This document shows positions 1 to 7,562 of a stretch of DNA of 56,276 nucleotides, one piece after another. The stretch's first letter is position 1; every line of letters starts with the position of its first letter. The stretch comes from an uncultured Candidatus Saccharibacteria bacterium (GTDB lineage: Bacteria > Patescibacteriota > Minisyncoccia > Phycocordibacterales > CAIRYW01), in contig CAYUPH010000006.1 in assembly GCA_964446625.1 (NCBI GenBank), positions 1 through 56,276 of the forward strand, written 5' to 3'. Both the position numbers and the translations under genes were made by a program. The notes below the pieces were generated by a model. The model was given only the letters and a program-made list of their open reading frames with translations, was not told the origin of the DNA and ran no database searches.

Positions 1-105
1 GGTTGCTTGGCACCTCCCCGAAGCTTATCGCAGCTTTGCTACGTCCTTCATCGCCTCATTAGAGTCAAGGCATCCACCATATGCTCTTACATTCCTATTA
101 GGAAA
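1..105 (-). rRNA. rrl: 23S rRNA, 5' end only (gene continues leftwards out of the window)
   Basis: Reverse complement of 1-100 reads GGUGGAUGCCUUGACUCUAAUGAGGCGAUGAAGGACGUAGCAAAGCUGCGAUAAGCUUCGGGGAGGUGCCAAGCAACC. This matches the conserved 23S 5' domain (E. coli GGUGGAUGCCCUGGCAGUCAGAGGCGAUGAAGGACGUG..., from memory). The exact 5' end (~100-105) is estimated. Confidence 0.9.
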
Positions 106-205
106 TGTAAAAACCACTTTCTAATTTACTTACTTTTTTGTGTTTGTGTTACCTGCTCTTTCATACTTCGCTCTTGAGAAAAAAGTATGAAAGCGTATTT
201 CTTTT

Positions 206-520
206 TTAGAAACTCAGAGCAGAACGCAATCAATAAACTGATTGCGGTGCGCACTTCGGAATTGCCGAATATTTCATCTTTCGGGGATTAGTGAAATATG
301 AGCTCTCCTTGAGCTAGTGCGCGAATGAACAATGAAAATGAAAACGGAAGCATCCGGTACGACCTATTGGTCAATGGGAAAGCGGGGAGCTTGTATTCAT
401 TTTCAAATTTTTACCGTAGAGGATGTGGGACGACCGGTTGAGAACCGGATACCATGGCAACGAATCAACCGGCCGTCCCTTCCATCCATCAGGGGAAAAT
501 TTTCTGCTCTGAGTTTCTAA
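206..520. repeat. 19-bp perfect long-range inverted repeat (206-224 / 502-520) enclosing ~275 nt of stem-rich sequence in the 23S leader
   Basis: ttagaaactcagagcagaa at 206-224 is the exact reverse complement of ttctgctctgagtttctaa at 502-520. The interior holds several perfect hairpins, including a four-way junction at 248-323. Confidence 0.7.
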
Positions 521-794
521 CGAAGCGTTACTCACGCTTCAAGAAATACCTAAGCCCTCAAAAACTAAAAGTTTTTGAGGACACTCTGTCTACAGTTTTC
601 GAAAAGACCTCAGTTCGCGATTTCTCGCAAAACTTATAACTGTGACAGAATTTAGTTTTCAATGTATGAACCGTCCGGAAAATTTTATGAAAAAAACCGC
701 TTTTCGGCGGCTCTAGATAAAACGCAACTTATGAAAGAAGCTTTATCTATGCCGTTTTTTTATGGTTTTTAACATCTCTATGCGAATGTTGGCA

Positions 795-822
795 ATTATA
801 CTCCTTTCATTATAGATGTCAA
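795..822 (-). promoter_or_regulatory. Near-consensus sigma70-type promoter reading towards the 23S gene
   Basis: Minus strand reads TTGACA (817-822), a 16-nt spacer, then TATAAT (795-800). It lies immediately downstream of the terminators of the preceding operon. Confidence 0.55.
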
Positions 823-867
823 ATCGCCTCTTTTTAAGGGTAAAAGACCCTTAAAAAGAGGCGATTT
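821..867 (-). terminator. Perfect 20-bp hairpin (second of two tandem terminator-like hairpins after the 948..6583 operon)
   Basis: aaatcgcctctttttaaggg / cccttaaaaagaggcgattt with a 7-nt loop. Confidence 0.6.
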
Positions 868-869
868 CA

Positions 870-907
870 GCCCAAAAACACCCCTTTGAAGAGGGGTGTT
901 TTTGGGC
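870..907 (-). terminator. 15-bp hairpin directly downstream of the stop at 948
   Basis: gcccaaaaacacccc / ggggtgtttttgggc with an 8-nt loop. T/A runs lie inside the arms, so it is bidirectional in form. Confidence 0.6.
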
Positions 908-947
908 TACTTTTGAAGCTGTTTTTTACTATTCTTCTACCCTTCCT

Positions 948-1379
948 CTACGCCTGTTTTTCAACTTTTTCCTGAGTATCTTTTTGTTTGTTTTCTTTTC
1001 GTCTAGAAACAAAGTGCCAGATGAGTCCGATTACAATAGAAATCCATGCGATATTTATAAAAACATAAAATGAAATCATTCCAGCAATTGAGGTACGAGG
1101 GTAACAGACTGCCCAACACCCTCCCCCATCTACACTTGATTCAAAAACTCCTTTAAGAAAAAAAGGTGAAACAATAACTAAGAGTGGAAACCATATTTGA
1201 AAAACCTTCTTTGGAAAAAAAACTAAGATCAATGACAAAATTACTGCTGGTAAAAAGAATGCTAATAAAGGAAGAAAAATAGCGTCTCTGTAGTCAATAA
1301 AAAGGAACCCCAAAATACAAATAATTATATATGTAAGTATAAGCAGTAAGATCACTTTTGAATGAGAACTTACTCTCAT
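948..1379 (-). CDS. Small 4-TM membrane protein, paralog 1 of 3 (DGGxCxxxCY family), function unknown
   Basis: Hydrophobic 143-aa ORF. It shares blocks with the next two ORFs (FLPLLAFFLP, FPKKVFQIW, SSVDGGGCWAVCYPR, NIAWISIVIGLIW). Only 2 nt separate it from the upstream paralog. Confidence 0.75.
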   Translation of the reverse strand: MRVSSHSKVILLLILTYIIICILGFLFIDYRDAIFLPLLAFFLPAVILSLILVFFPKKVFQIWFPLLVIVSPFFLKGVFESSVDGGGCWAVCYPRTSIAGMISFYVFINIAWISIVIGLIWHFVSRRKENKQKDTQEKVEKQA

Positions 1380-1381
1380 CT

Positions 1382-1792
1382 TTATTCTCTTTTATCACTT
1401 CTTCTCTTTGAAATAAATTGCCATATAAAACCCGCCACTATGGAAATCCATGCCGTATTGCTAAAAAAGAATGTTGAAGCCATACTTGCAACAAGAGATC
1501 GCGGATAGCAAATCCCTAAACAACTTCCTCCATCAACACTGCTAGAAAACACAACATAAACCACATACATAAAGGTTATAAAACTTAGAACTAACCATAA
1601 TCTATAAATTTTAGACGGAAATAAACTTAAAATTATAAAACCAATAGTTAAGGGTAAAAATAATGCAACTAAGGGAGAGAAAAAAGCGTCTGCTAATTGG
1701 GGATAAGCATAAGAGAAAAGATAAAAAATCCCTGTAGCTAAAATTAAAAGACTTGTAACCATTCGACGTTTATTTTTGTATATTATTAACAT
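1382..1792 (-). CDS. Small 4-TM membrane protein, paralog 2 of 3
   Basis: 136 aa with the motifs SSVDGGSCLGICYPR and NTAWISIVAGFIW. Tandem with its paralogs. Confidence 0.75.
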   Translation of the reverse strand: MLIIYKNKRRMVTSLLILATGIFYLFSYAYPQLADAFFSPLVALFLPLTIGFIILSLFPSKIYRLWLVLSFITFMYVVYVVFSSSVDGGSCLGICYPRSLVASMASTFFFSNTAWISIVAGFIWQFISKRRSDKRE

Positions 1793-1798
1793 ATATAT

Positions 1799-2209
1799 CT
1801 AACTTAATTTATTTTTGTTTATAAAAAGTAATATGCATCCAATTAAAATGGAAATGGACGCGAGGTTTCCAAATAAAAAAACTGACAACTGTATTGCTAA
1901 TATTCCTTTCGTATAACAAAAAGTCCAACACCCGCCGTCTGTATTAGAAGAAAAAATAGCGTATAAGATATATGGTAGTGTTACTAAGGAGCTAAAAAAC
2001 CAGAGAAAATATATTCTTTTAGAAAAAAAAGTAAGTAATAAAGAAAAAAACGTGAGTGGAAGGAGTATCCCAACTATAGGTTGAAGAAAATTTAATTTAA
2101 GAGGTGAAAAGTAAGACGTTGCTATATACAATATTGAAGTAATAATTAGCAAAGCTATTGTAATTATCCATTGAGTTTTTCTTAGGCCAAAGATTTTCAT
2201 TTTATTCAA
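1799..2209 (-). CDS. Small 4-TM membrane protein, paralog 3 of 3
   Basis: 136 aa with the motif SNTDGGCWTFCYTK. Its start overlaps the stop of the lipase gene by 8 nt (an alternative ATG lies 9 nt downstream). Confidence 0.7.
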   Translation of the reverse strand: MNKMKIFGLRKTQWIITIALLIITSILYIATSYFSPLKLNFLQPIVGILLPLTFFSLLLTFFSKRIYFLWFFSSLVTLPYILYAIFSSNTDGGCWTFCYTKGILAIQLSVFLFGNLASISILIGCILLFINKNKLS

Positions 2210-5200
2210 GAAGATCTAAAAGTTGATTGATCATGTTTACTAAAGCATCTGCGTCAGTCTTTGATATAACTTTATGATGATGTTTTCCAAACTTCACCTT
2301 ACTAAGCATTTTGATACTTTTGTTGAAATCTTTTATTTTCTTTATTACTTGTTTATCTTTTGACTTTGAGATAAGTTTCTCAATCTTGCTTAGTCTTTTT
2401 ATTATATCACTTTTTAATTTCTTATTTATATCGAGCCCTTCTACTGTTTTCCGAATAAACCCAAGGTACTCCACCGGAGTTAATTCTTGCCCAGAATTTA
2501 TTTGGATATCAGTTTTACCATTACCTTCAATATCAAGACTTAGTGGATTCTGCTCTTCTTGTCCCACTACTATTTCTCCCTCAGTGTTTGAAGTAGTTGG
2601 TAAATCAGCAAACGTTTGTTCATCAACAGTTTCTCCACCTTCTTGAGATTCAACTTTCATTGTAAATGTTCCTGTGTCTAGACCTGTTAGTTTTATTGTT
2701 GCTTTAGAGTCAGGGTCCAAGTAAATATATTTTGCCTCCCCTATTTCTTCATAAATACTGTTTGGTATATTTTCTTCGATAAAGTAGCTATCAGAATTTG
2801 GATCTTTTACTGTTCCTGTATGGTTTCCATATTCGTCATACGCATCTATAGCAACCGGCGAGTGCATACTAATTTTTAGATTCTTATACGCTGGATCAGT
2901 TGGTTTTTCTGCTGTTATATACTTTGGCAAATCTACCGACCCTGTAATTATATTGTTCACAAGATTCAATATAGGAAGTGCTTCTGTAATATTTTTATGT
3001 TCGAGATTGACACTGTTTTCTTTCAAAAAATCCTTAAAGTTAAAGTAGAGTGTTTTAGCACTAGGTATAACTGCCACACTAGGAGTAACAACGGTTTTGT
3101 CTCCATCAATAGTCTTCACAACTTCATGATCAAGAGAAAAAACACATTTTCCTGTGGAATCTGTCGTGCAACTTGGACTTTTAAAATACTGTATTCCTGA
3201 AGTTGTTAGAATTCCCCACCCTGCAATTTGGTATACCTCTATATTTTCTGGTGGTACCCAGTTATCTAAATCTTGATGTACACTCTCAGAGTTGGATACA
3301 AAACTACTTGTTAGAACATTTGGAGACTGAACATCCTCGTAGCTCGGGTCTTTTCGTTTATCTTTTACCGCACTCAGAAAATCTTTAAGCTCCTCATATG
3401 TGTCTACAGACTCCCCATATATTTTTTTGAAGTTACTTACATCAGCAGAATCGGCTGTAAAAGTAATGAGTGGATCACCGACAGTTCCCATGTATTTCTC
3501 TGAAGGAAGCAAATTGTATGCTGATTTCATATTTTCAGCCAAACCTCTTCCTTGTTTTTTATCAACAACCAACCTTAACTCTAAACCATCTCCATGTAAT
3601 AACGCCGAAACTGCCTCTGACGTACCTAACTGAGGAGGTGAAATCATTACTAGTTTATCAATCAGATTTTGCTTGCCTTGCTCCTGCATTTTTTCTATAA
3701 CCGCTTTTGCAAGGAGCCCCCCATTACTATGAGTGATAATTGTCACCTTTCCTGTTGCAGAGCTACTTGCCATTTTCTCCAATTCAGGAATTATATACTC
3801 GGTTTGTTTTTGTAGCTGAATTCCGTTATTTATTATATCTTTGAAGTCTAGTCTCCAATCGTATGGAAAAGGTCTCCATGCATTTATTTCTTTTTGTGAC
3901 ACTTCATCGTTCATTTTATCTATAAATCTTTTATATATGTCAATATCATAAAAATGGAGCCCTGAATTTGTTCTATCTATAACATCTTTTGTGTATATAC
4001 CTTTGTTTTTTGAGGTTCCATCTTTGTTCATAAACAAGTACTCTACATCTGAAGAAAAAGTTACATTTGGCTCCCATAGCTGGTCTTCTAAAATTTGTTT
4101 TTTATAGAGGCGTGACCCTTGAATTCCCGGAAAGAAAGCCACACTTGACCCAGTTTCTTTTCCTGGTGGCCATGCAGTAAGCCACGGCGAAAAAGGAATA
4201 TTTAAACCATATAAGAGAAGCGTATCTCCTTTTCCGTTTGGATTTCGAACACTTTCAGTTGGTCCACTTTTCTCTCCCCACCAATTTCTCCTTAAGTCTA
4301 TTGGCGCAGAAGTATGGATTATTCCTCCTACACCATTTCCTGAGACAAAGTTTTCAGTAAAATCAACTTTTCCGATAGTGCTATGATACATTTCAAGACC
4401 AGTGCCGTTTCCACTTAAAGTACTTTGATGAATATTCAAATCACTATTATATGACCATATTGCCGAACCGCTTGAGTGGGTCACATTAGAATTCAAGAGC
4501 CAAATTGTAGACGCTTTATCTTCATTGCCATAAAACAAAAGCGAATCATCAAGCGCTCCGTTTACTTGTATATTGTCTGCAAAAAAACTTCCTTCATATA
4601 TCGCGATCACCTTTGACATTTCTGAAAAAAGAGAACTGTCTAAAATAGTAATCTTTGATCCTTCGTAACCTTCAATAAGCGCATTATCTGGTGAATTTAT
4701 TGTACCAAAAGTACTACTTGCTATCGTGACATCAGAGCCCGTAAATGCTTGTACATAACTATCAAGACCGCCTCTAAAGGCTACTTTTTCAAATAGACCT
4801 TTTCCTTCATCCCAAAATCCTAGTGAGCCTGACGTATCGGTAAACCGAGAATTTTCAAAAATATTTAACCCACCAAACATACTAACATCATCTAGATTTT
4901 TAAAGTCAGTATAATTAAATTCGTTTTGTCCATTAAAAAGAAGTAGAGTAAACGGAAGCGCTGGATTTGTAGAGTTAAATGTAATTCTCTTATCACTCGT
5001 TCCTATTGCATCAATTTTACCTTCGATAATTGCTCGTCCCTCAAACAACACCTCAACTCCTGGCTCAATAGTAAGAAGTGCATTAGGAGCAACATATCCT
5101 TGATTTGGAAAAACATAGGGACTTTCCGAAACAGTGAGGGTTATGTTTTCTACTATTTGAGAAGGAAGTCTTGTATCAGCAAAAACACTAAATGGGAAAA

Positions 5201-5237
5201 GGAAGGTAAACACTAAAAAGATAGAATACTTTTTCAT
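2202..5237 (-). CDS. Secreted 1011-aa protein: N-terminal parallel beta-helix-like repeats, LCAT-family alpha/beta-hydrolase (lipase/acyltransferase) domain, C-terminal Ig-like and helical region
   Basis: Signal peptide MKKYSIFLVFTFLFPFSVFA. G/N/S-rich repeats end in RRNWWG. PFPYDWRLDF carries the YDWR hallmark of the LCAT family. The nucleophile elbow is ITHSNGG (Ser codon 3726-3728). ATGA overlap with the upstream gene. Confidence 0.8.
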   Translation of the reverse strand: MKKYSIFLVFTFLFPFSVFADTRLPSQIVENITLTVSESPYVFPNQGYVAPNALLTIEPGVEVLFEGRAIIEGKIDAIGTSDKRITFNSTNPALPFTLLLFNGQNEFNYTDFKNLDDVSMFGGLNIFENSRFTDTSGSLGFWDEGKGLFEKVAFRGGLDSYVQAFTGSDVTIASSTFGTINSPDNALIEGYEGSKITILDSSLFSEMSKVIAIYEGSFFADNIQVNGALDDSLLFYGNEDKASTIWLLNSNVTHSSGSAIWSYNSDLNIHQSTLSGNGTGLEMYHSTIGKVDFTENFVSGNGVGGIIHTSAPIDLRRNWWGEKSGPTESVRNPNGKGDTLLLYGLNIPFSPWLTAWPPGKETGSSVAFFPGIQGSRLYKKQILEDQLWEPNVTFSSDVEYLFMNKDGTSKNKGIYTKDVIDRTNSGLHFYDIDIYKRFIDKMNDEVSQKEINAWRPFPYDWRLDFKDIINNGIQLQKQTEYIIPELEKMASSSATGKVTIITHSNGGLLAKAVIEKMQEQGKQNLIDKLVMISPPQLGTSEAVSALLHGDGLELRLVVDKKQGRGLAENMKSAYNLLPSEKYMGTVGDPLITFTADSADVSNFKKIYGESVDTYEELKDFLSAVKDKRKDPSYEDVQSPNVLTSSFVSNSESVHQDLDNWVPPENIEVYQIAGWGILTTSGIQYFKSPSCTTDSTGKCVFSLDHEVVKTIDGDKTVVTPSVAVIPSAKTLYFNFKDFLKENSVNLEHKNITEALPILNLVNNIITGSVDLPKYITAEKPTDPAYKNLKISMHSPVAIDAYDEYGNHTGTVKDPNSDSYFIEENIPNSIYEEIGEAKYIYLDPDSKATIKLTGLDTGTFTMKVESQEGGETVDEQTFADLPTTSNTEGEIVVGQEEQNPLSLDIEGNGKTDIQINSGQELTPVEYLGFIRKTVEGLDINKKLKSDIIKRLSKIEKLISKSKDKQVIKKIKDFNKSIKMLSKVKFGKHHHKVISKTDADALVNMINQLLDLLE

Positions 5238-6583
5238 CTATTTAAAATATCTCTTAAAAATCTCCAACCTCTATCCGCCCAAGAATCTTCCTCCTCCTCT
5301 TTTTTTACAGCTTCGATTAAAAGAGCAGCGTTTTTATGATTTCCCATTTCTTCAGACTTTTCTAATGTACTTGTTGCTACTTCGATTTTGCTTTTTATTT
5401 CTTCAGTCGAATCAACAGGTATTGTAGATGTGCTACTTTCATTTTCAACTACAACACTCTTTTTATCATCTTGGAAAACTGTTACAGGAAGAAAAGCAAC
5501 GTTTTTATTCATCTCCTTCTTTTTCAAAACCAACTCTTTTCTGTTCGGGTAAAAAAGTCTAGCATCCTCTTTAAAATGAGGAAATGGAAAAGTGATAGAT
5601 CGTCCACCAGAAATAATTGTATCAGGAGCAAAGATAAGCGCCTCGTTTCCATTTGAAAGAATCCATCCCGCAAGATTAACTTCTGTTTTATCATTATTTT
5701 TTATTTCTACATATCCATCTTCACCAAAACCTTCTTTTTCGAGAGAAAAAGAAGGTTCAACTACAACAACTTCTGTTCTTGCAACTGACTCTGATTCACC
5801 AAACTCAGCATTAAGGACAACATTGTATGTTCCAGGGAACATATACACATGCTCAGCCTCCCTCCCACCAACCATACTTCCATCACCAAAAGACCACGAG
5901 TATTTTGCACTTCTTTCGATGGTATCTGTTGATGCATGTGCTAAAAACTCAACCGGAGTATTAACTGTCACAAGTCGCTTTCTCCCTGCGTCAATTTTAA
6001 AATTCTGAGTAGTTTTTTTCTTATATGTTGAAAGCGATACTGGGCTTGAGTGACTAGAAGTATCTGTTCCGGAAGGTGAATCATCGTCTACGTTAGTGTC
6101 GGAAGTTGAATCTCCTTCTGTAGTACTTCCTGTACCATTGTCAGTATTTGTATCGGTATTCCCCGCACCTTCACTTCCCCCACTCCCAACTGTTATCTTC
6201 TGAGATGCAGTAAATTCTCTTCCAGAATCCCTTCCTTTTATTTTAATTGTGAGAGTGTAAGTTCCGTTTGTTTGATCTCTATAATAAAAAGTTCGAGAAG
6301 AAGTATTTTTGCTCATTGTTGTCGTTACTGGATTACCCGTGCTTCCGAGAAATTCTCCTGTTCCAGAAGTTGTACTAAAAGTAACATCGTTTGTTTCATC
6401 AACTTTTTCTGCTACACCCTCAGAGTTTTGAGTCTGAACAGTCAAAGCATCCGAAATGGCGCCAATAGCTACAGTGCGGGGTTCTGTGGTAAACACAAAA
6501 GCGCTAATGTTAGCGCTTTCTGCCCAAGTAAAAAGAGGAAATAAAAGAAGAAATATCAAACAGGATATCTTCACTCGTCTCAT
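5234..6583 (-). CDS. Secreted protein with low-complexity linker, PKD domain and lamin-tail (LTD) domain
   Basis: Signal peptide. YSWSFGDGSMVGGREAEHVYMFPGTYNVVLNA is PKD-like. VEIKNNDKTEVNLAGWILSNGNEALIF is LTD-like. A TATAAT (6593-6598, minus strand) lies 9 nt upstream of the ATG. Confidence 0.8.
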   Translation of the reverse strand: MRRVKISCLIFLLLFPLFTWAESANISAFVFTTEPRTVAIGAISDALTVQTQNSEGVAEKVDETNDVTFSTTSGTGEFLGSTGNPVTTTMSKNTSSRTFYYRDQTNGTYTLTIKIKGRDSGREFTASQKITVGSGGSEGAGNTDTNTDNGTGSTTEGDSTSDTNVDDDSPSGTDTSSHSSPVSLSTYKKKTTQNFKIDAGRKRLVTVNTPVEFLAHASTDTIERSAKYSWSFGDGSMVGGREAEHVYMFPGTYNVVLNAEFGESESVARTEVVVVEPSFSLEKEGFGEDGYVEIKNNDKTEVNLAGWILSNGNEALIFAPDTIISGGRSITFPFPHFKEDARLFYPNRKELVLKKKEMNKNVAFLPVTVFQDDKKSVVVENESSTSTIPVDSTEEIKSKIEVATSTLEKSEEMGNHKNAALLIEAVKKEEEEDSWADRGWRFLRDILNR

Positions 6584-6649
6584 CGTAAAAAAATTATACT
6601 CACCATCTTTTTAATACACAAAATAAATCTGTGGATAATCCCCTCTTTT

Positions 6650-6711
6650 TCAAGGGCGGTCCTTGAGTTTGTTGTGCCATAAGGCTCGTTTGTTACAAGG
6701 ACCGCCCTTGA
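6650..6711. repeat. REP-like hairpin, left copy
   Basis: tcaagggcggtcctt ... aaggaccgcccttga: a 15-bp stem around a ~32-nt loop. Confidence 0.85.
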
Positions 6712-6740
6712 AATTTATAGCAAAAAAAATAAGCAAATAC

Positions 6741-7397
6741 TTACTTTTCAAAAAGTGAATAATTTATCCAAAAATTTATAAAATTTTCAAAAGATCCTTC
6801 TGAAAAATAATCAGGAAAAGAATAAGGATCTAGTATTAAAGATTCTTCTCTCTTTACACCTAAATAATCGTGATAACTTGAAAACATGTATGAATCAAGA
6901 TGTTTCCGGGTTACTTTAAAATCATCAATTCCCTCTGTCTTCCAATTAGGGCAAATAATCTTCACTGGGTTTAAGTGAATGTAGGCATATAAATACTTCA
7001 AATGCTCATCCCGTACACAATGTTCTGCTTTAAATCTACCTTGAAAAAGGGGTCCGGTACGATTGTACTTCTTATTAAAATACATCACATATGCTGTGGA
7101 AAGCTTGCTCATAAAAGAAGAAATTCCACCTTTTTTAATTTCTTTAAGTAGTAAATGGAAGTGATTCCCCATTAAACAATAAGCCCCAATCGCTACGATT
7201 GGGTCACACTTCTCTATCTCACTATATTGCAGATTTGCTACTTCTTTGAAATCTACTTTCTTGTCTCTATTACACACGTACAGCAGTTTTAAAAAGCGCT
7301 GTTTATCTTTATCGGAACGAAAGATTAACCTTTTTTCTACCCCTCTATTATAAACATGGTAGAATTCATCCTCGGAAAATACAATTTTCCTTTCCAT
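6741..7397 (-). CDS. Y1 (HUH) tyrosine transposase, IS200-like / REP-associated RayT-like
   Basis: EFYHVYNRG, the HUH motif in LMGNHFHLLL, GPLFQGRFK, and the catalytic-Tyr motif YAYIHLNPVK. The ATG at 7395-7397 is preferred over the GTG at 7427. Confidence 0.85.
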   Translation of the reverse strand: MERKIVFSEDEFYHVYNRGVEKRLIFRSDKDKQRFLKLLYVCNRDKKVDFKEVANLQYSEIEKCDPIVAIGAYCLMGNHFHLLLKEIKKGGISSFMSKLSTAYVMYFNKKYNRTGPLFQGRFKAEHCVRDEHLKYLYAYIHLNPVKIICPNWKTEGIDDFKVTRKHLDSYMFSSYHDYLGVKREESLILDPYSFPDYFSEGSFENFINFWINYSLFEK

Positions 7398-7437
7398 AAA
7401 AATATTATAATACAATACTATTTCCACTCCAAAGTTT

Positions 7438-7499
7438 TCAAGGGCGGTCCTTGTAACAAACGAGCATTATGCCACAACAAACTCAAGGACCGCCCTTGA
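7438..7499. repeat. REP-like hairpin, right copy (inverted relative to the left copy)
   Basis: Same 15-bp stem. The loop is the reverse complement of the left loop except for 2 positions. Confidence 0.85.
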
Positions 7500-7510
7500 A
7501 AGTTGTTTAT

Positions 7511-7558
7511 AAGTAAATGAAAAAAGAGTCTCAGCAGAGACTCTTTTTTCATTTACTT
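7511..7558 (-). terminator. 22-bp perfect hairpin after the stop at 7563
   Basis: aagtaaatgaaaaaagagtctc agca gagactcttttttcatttactt. Confidence 0.8.
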
Positions 7559-7562
7559 AAGG

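Larger units (their letters stand above)
6650..7499. mobile_element. REPtron-like unit: Y1 transposase gene bracketed by two inverted REP-like hairpins
   Basis: See the component features. It lies in an intergenic gap between two minus-strand operons. Confidence 0.7.

Noticed and set aside
332-639. Track ORFs 332..520 and 454..639 (+) inside the region upstream of 23S.
   Set aside because: They lie in the stem-rich rRNA leader and have odd composition (W/R/P/G-rich) and no expression signals. They are best explained as chance ORFs in structured non-coding sequence.
5592-6008. Long plus-strand ORFs antisense to real genes: 5592..6008, 17839..18255, 25741..26202, 31384..31887, 35109..35615, 46315..46755 and many shorter ones.
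   Set aside because: All are shadow ORFs fully contained in well-supported minus-strand genes. Their translations are low-complexity S/F/L/R-rich with no motifs.
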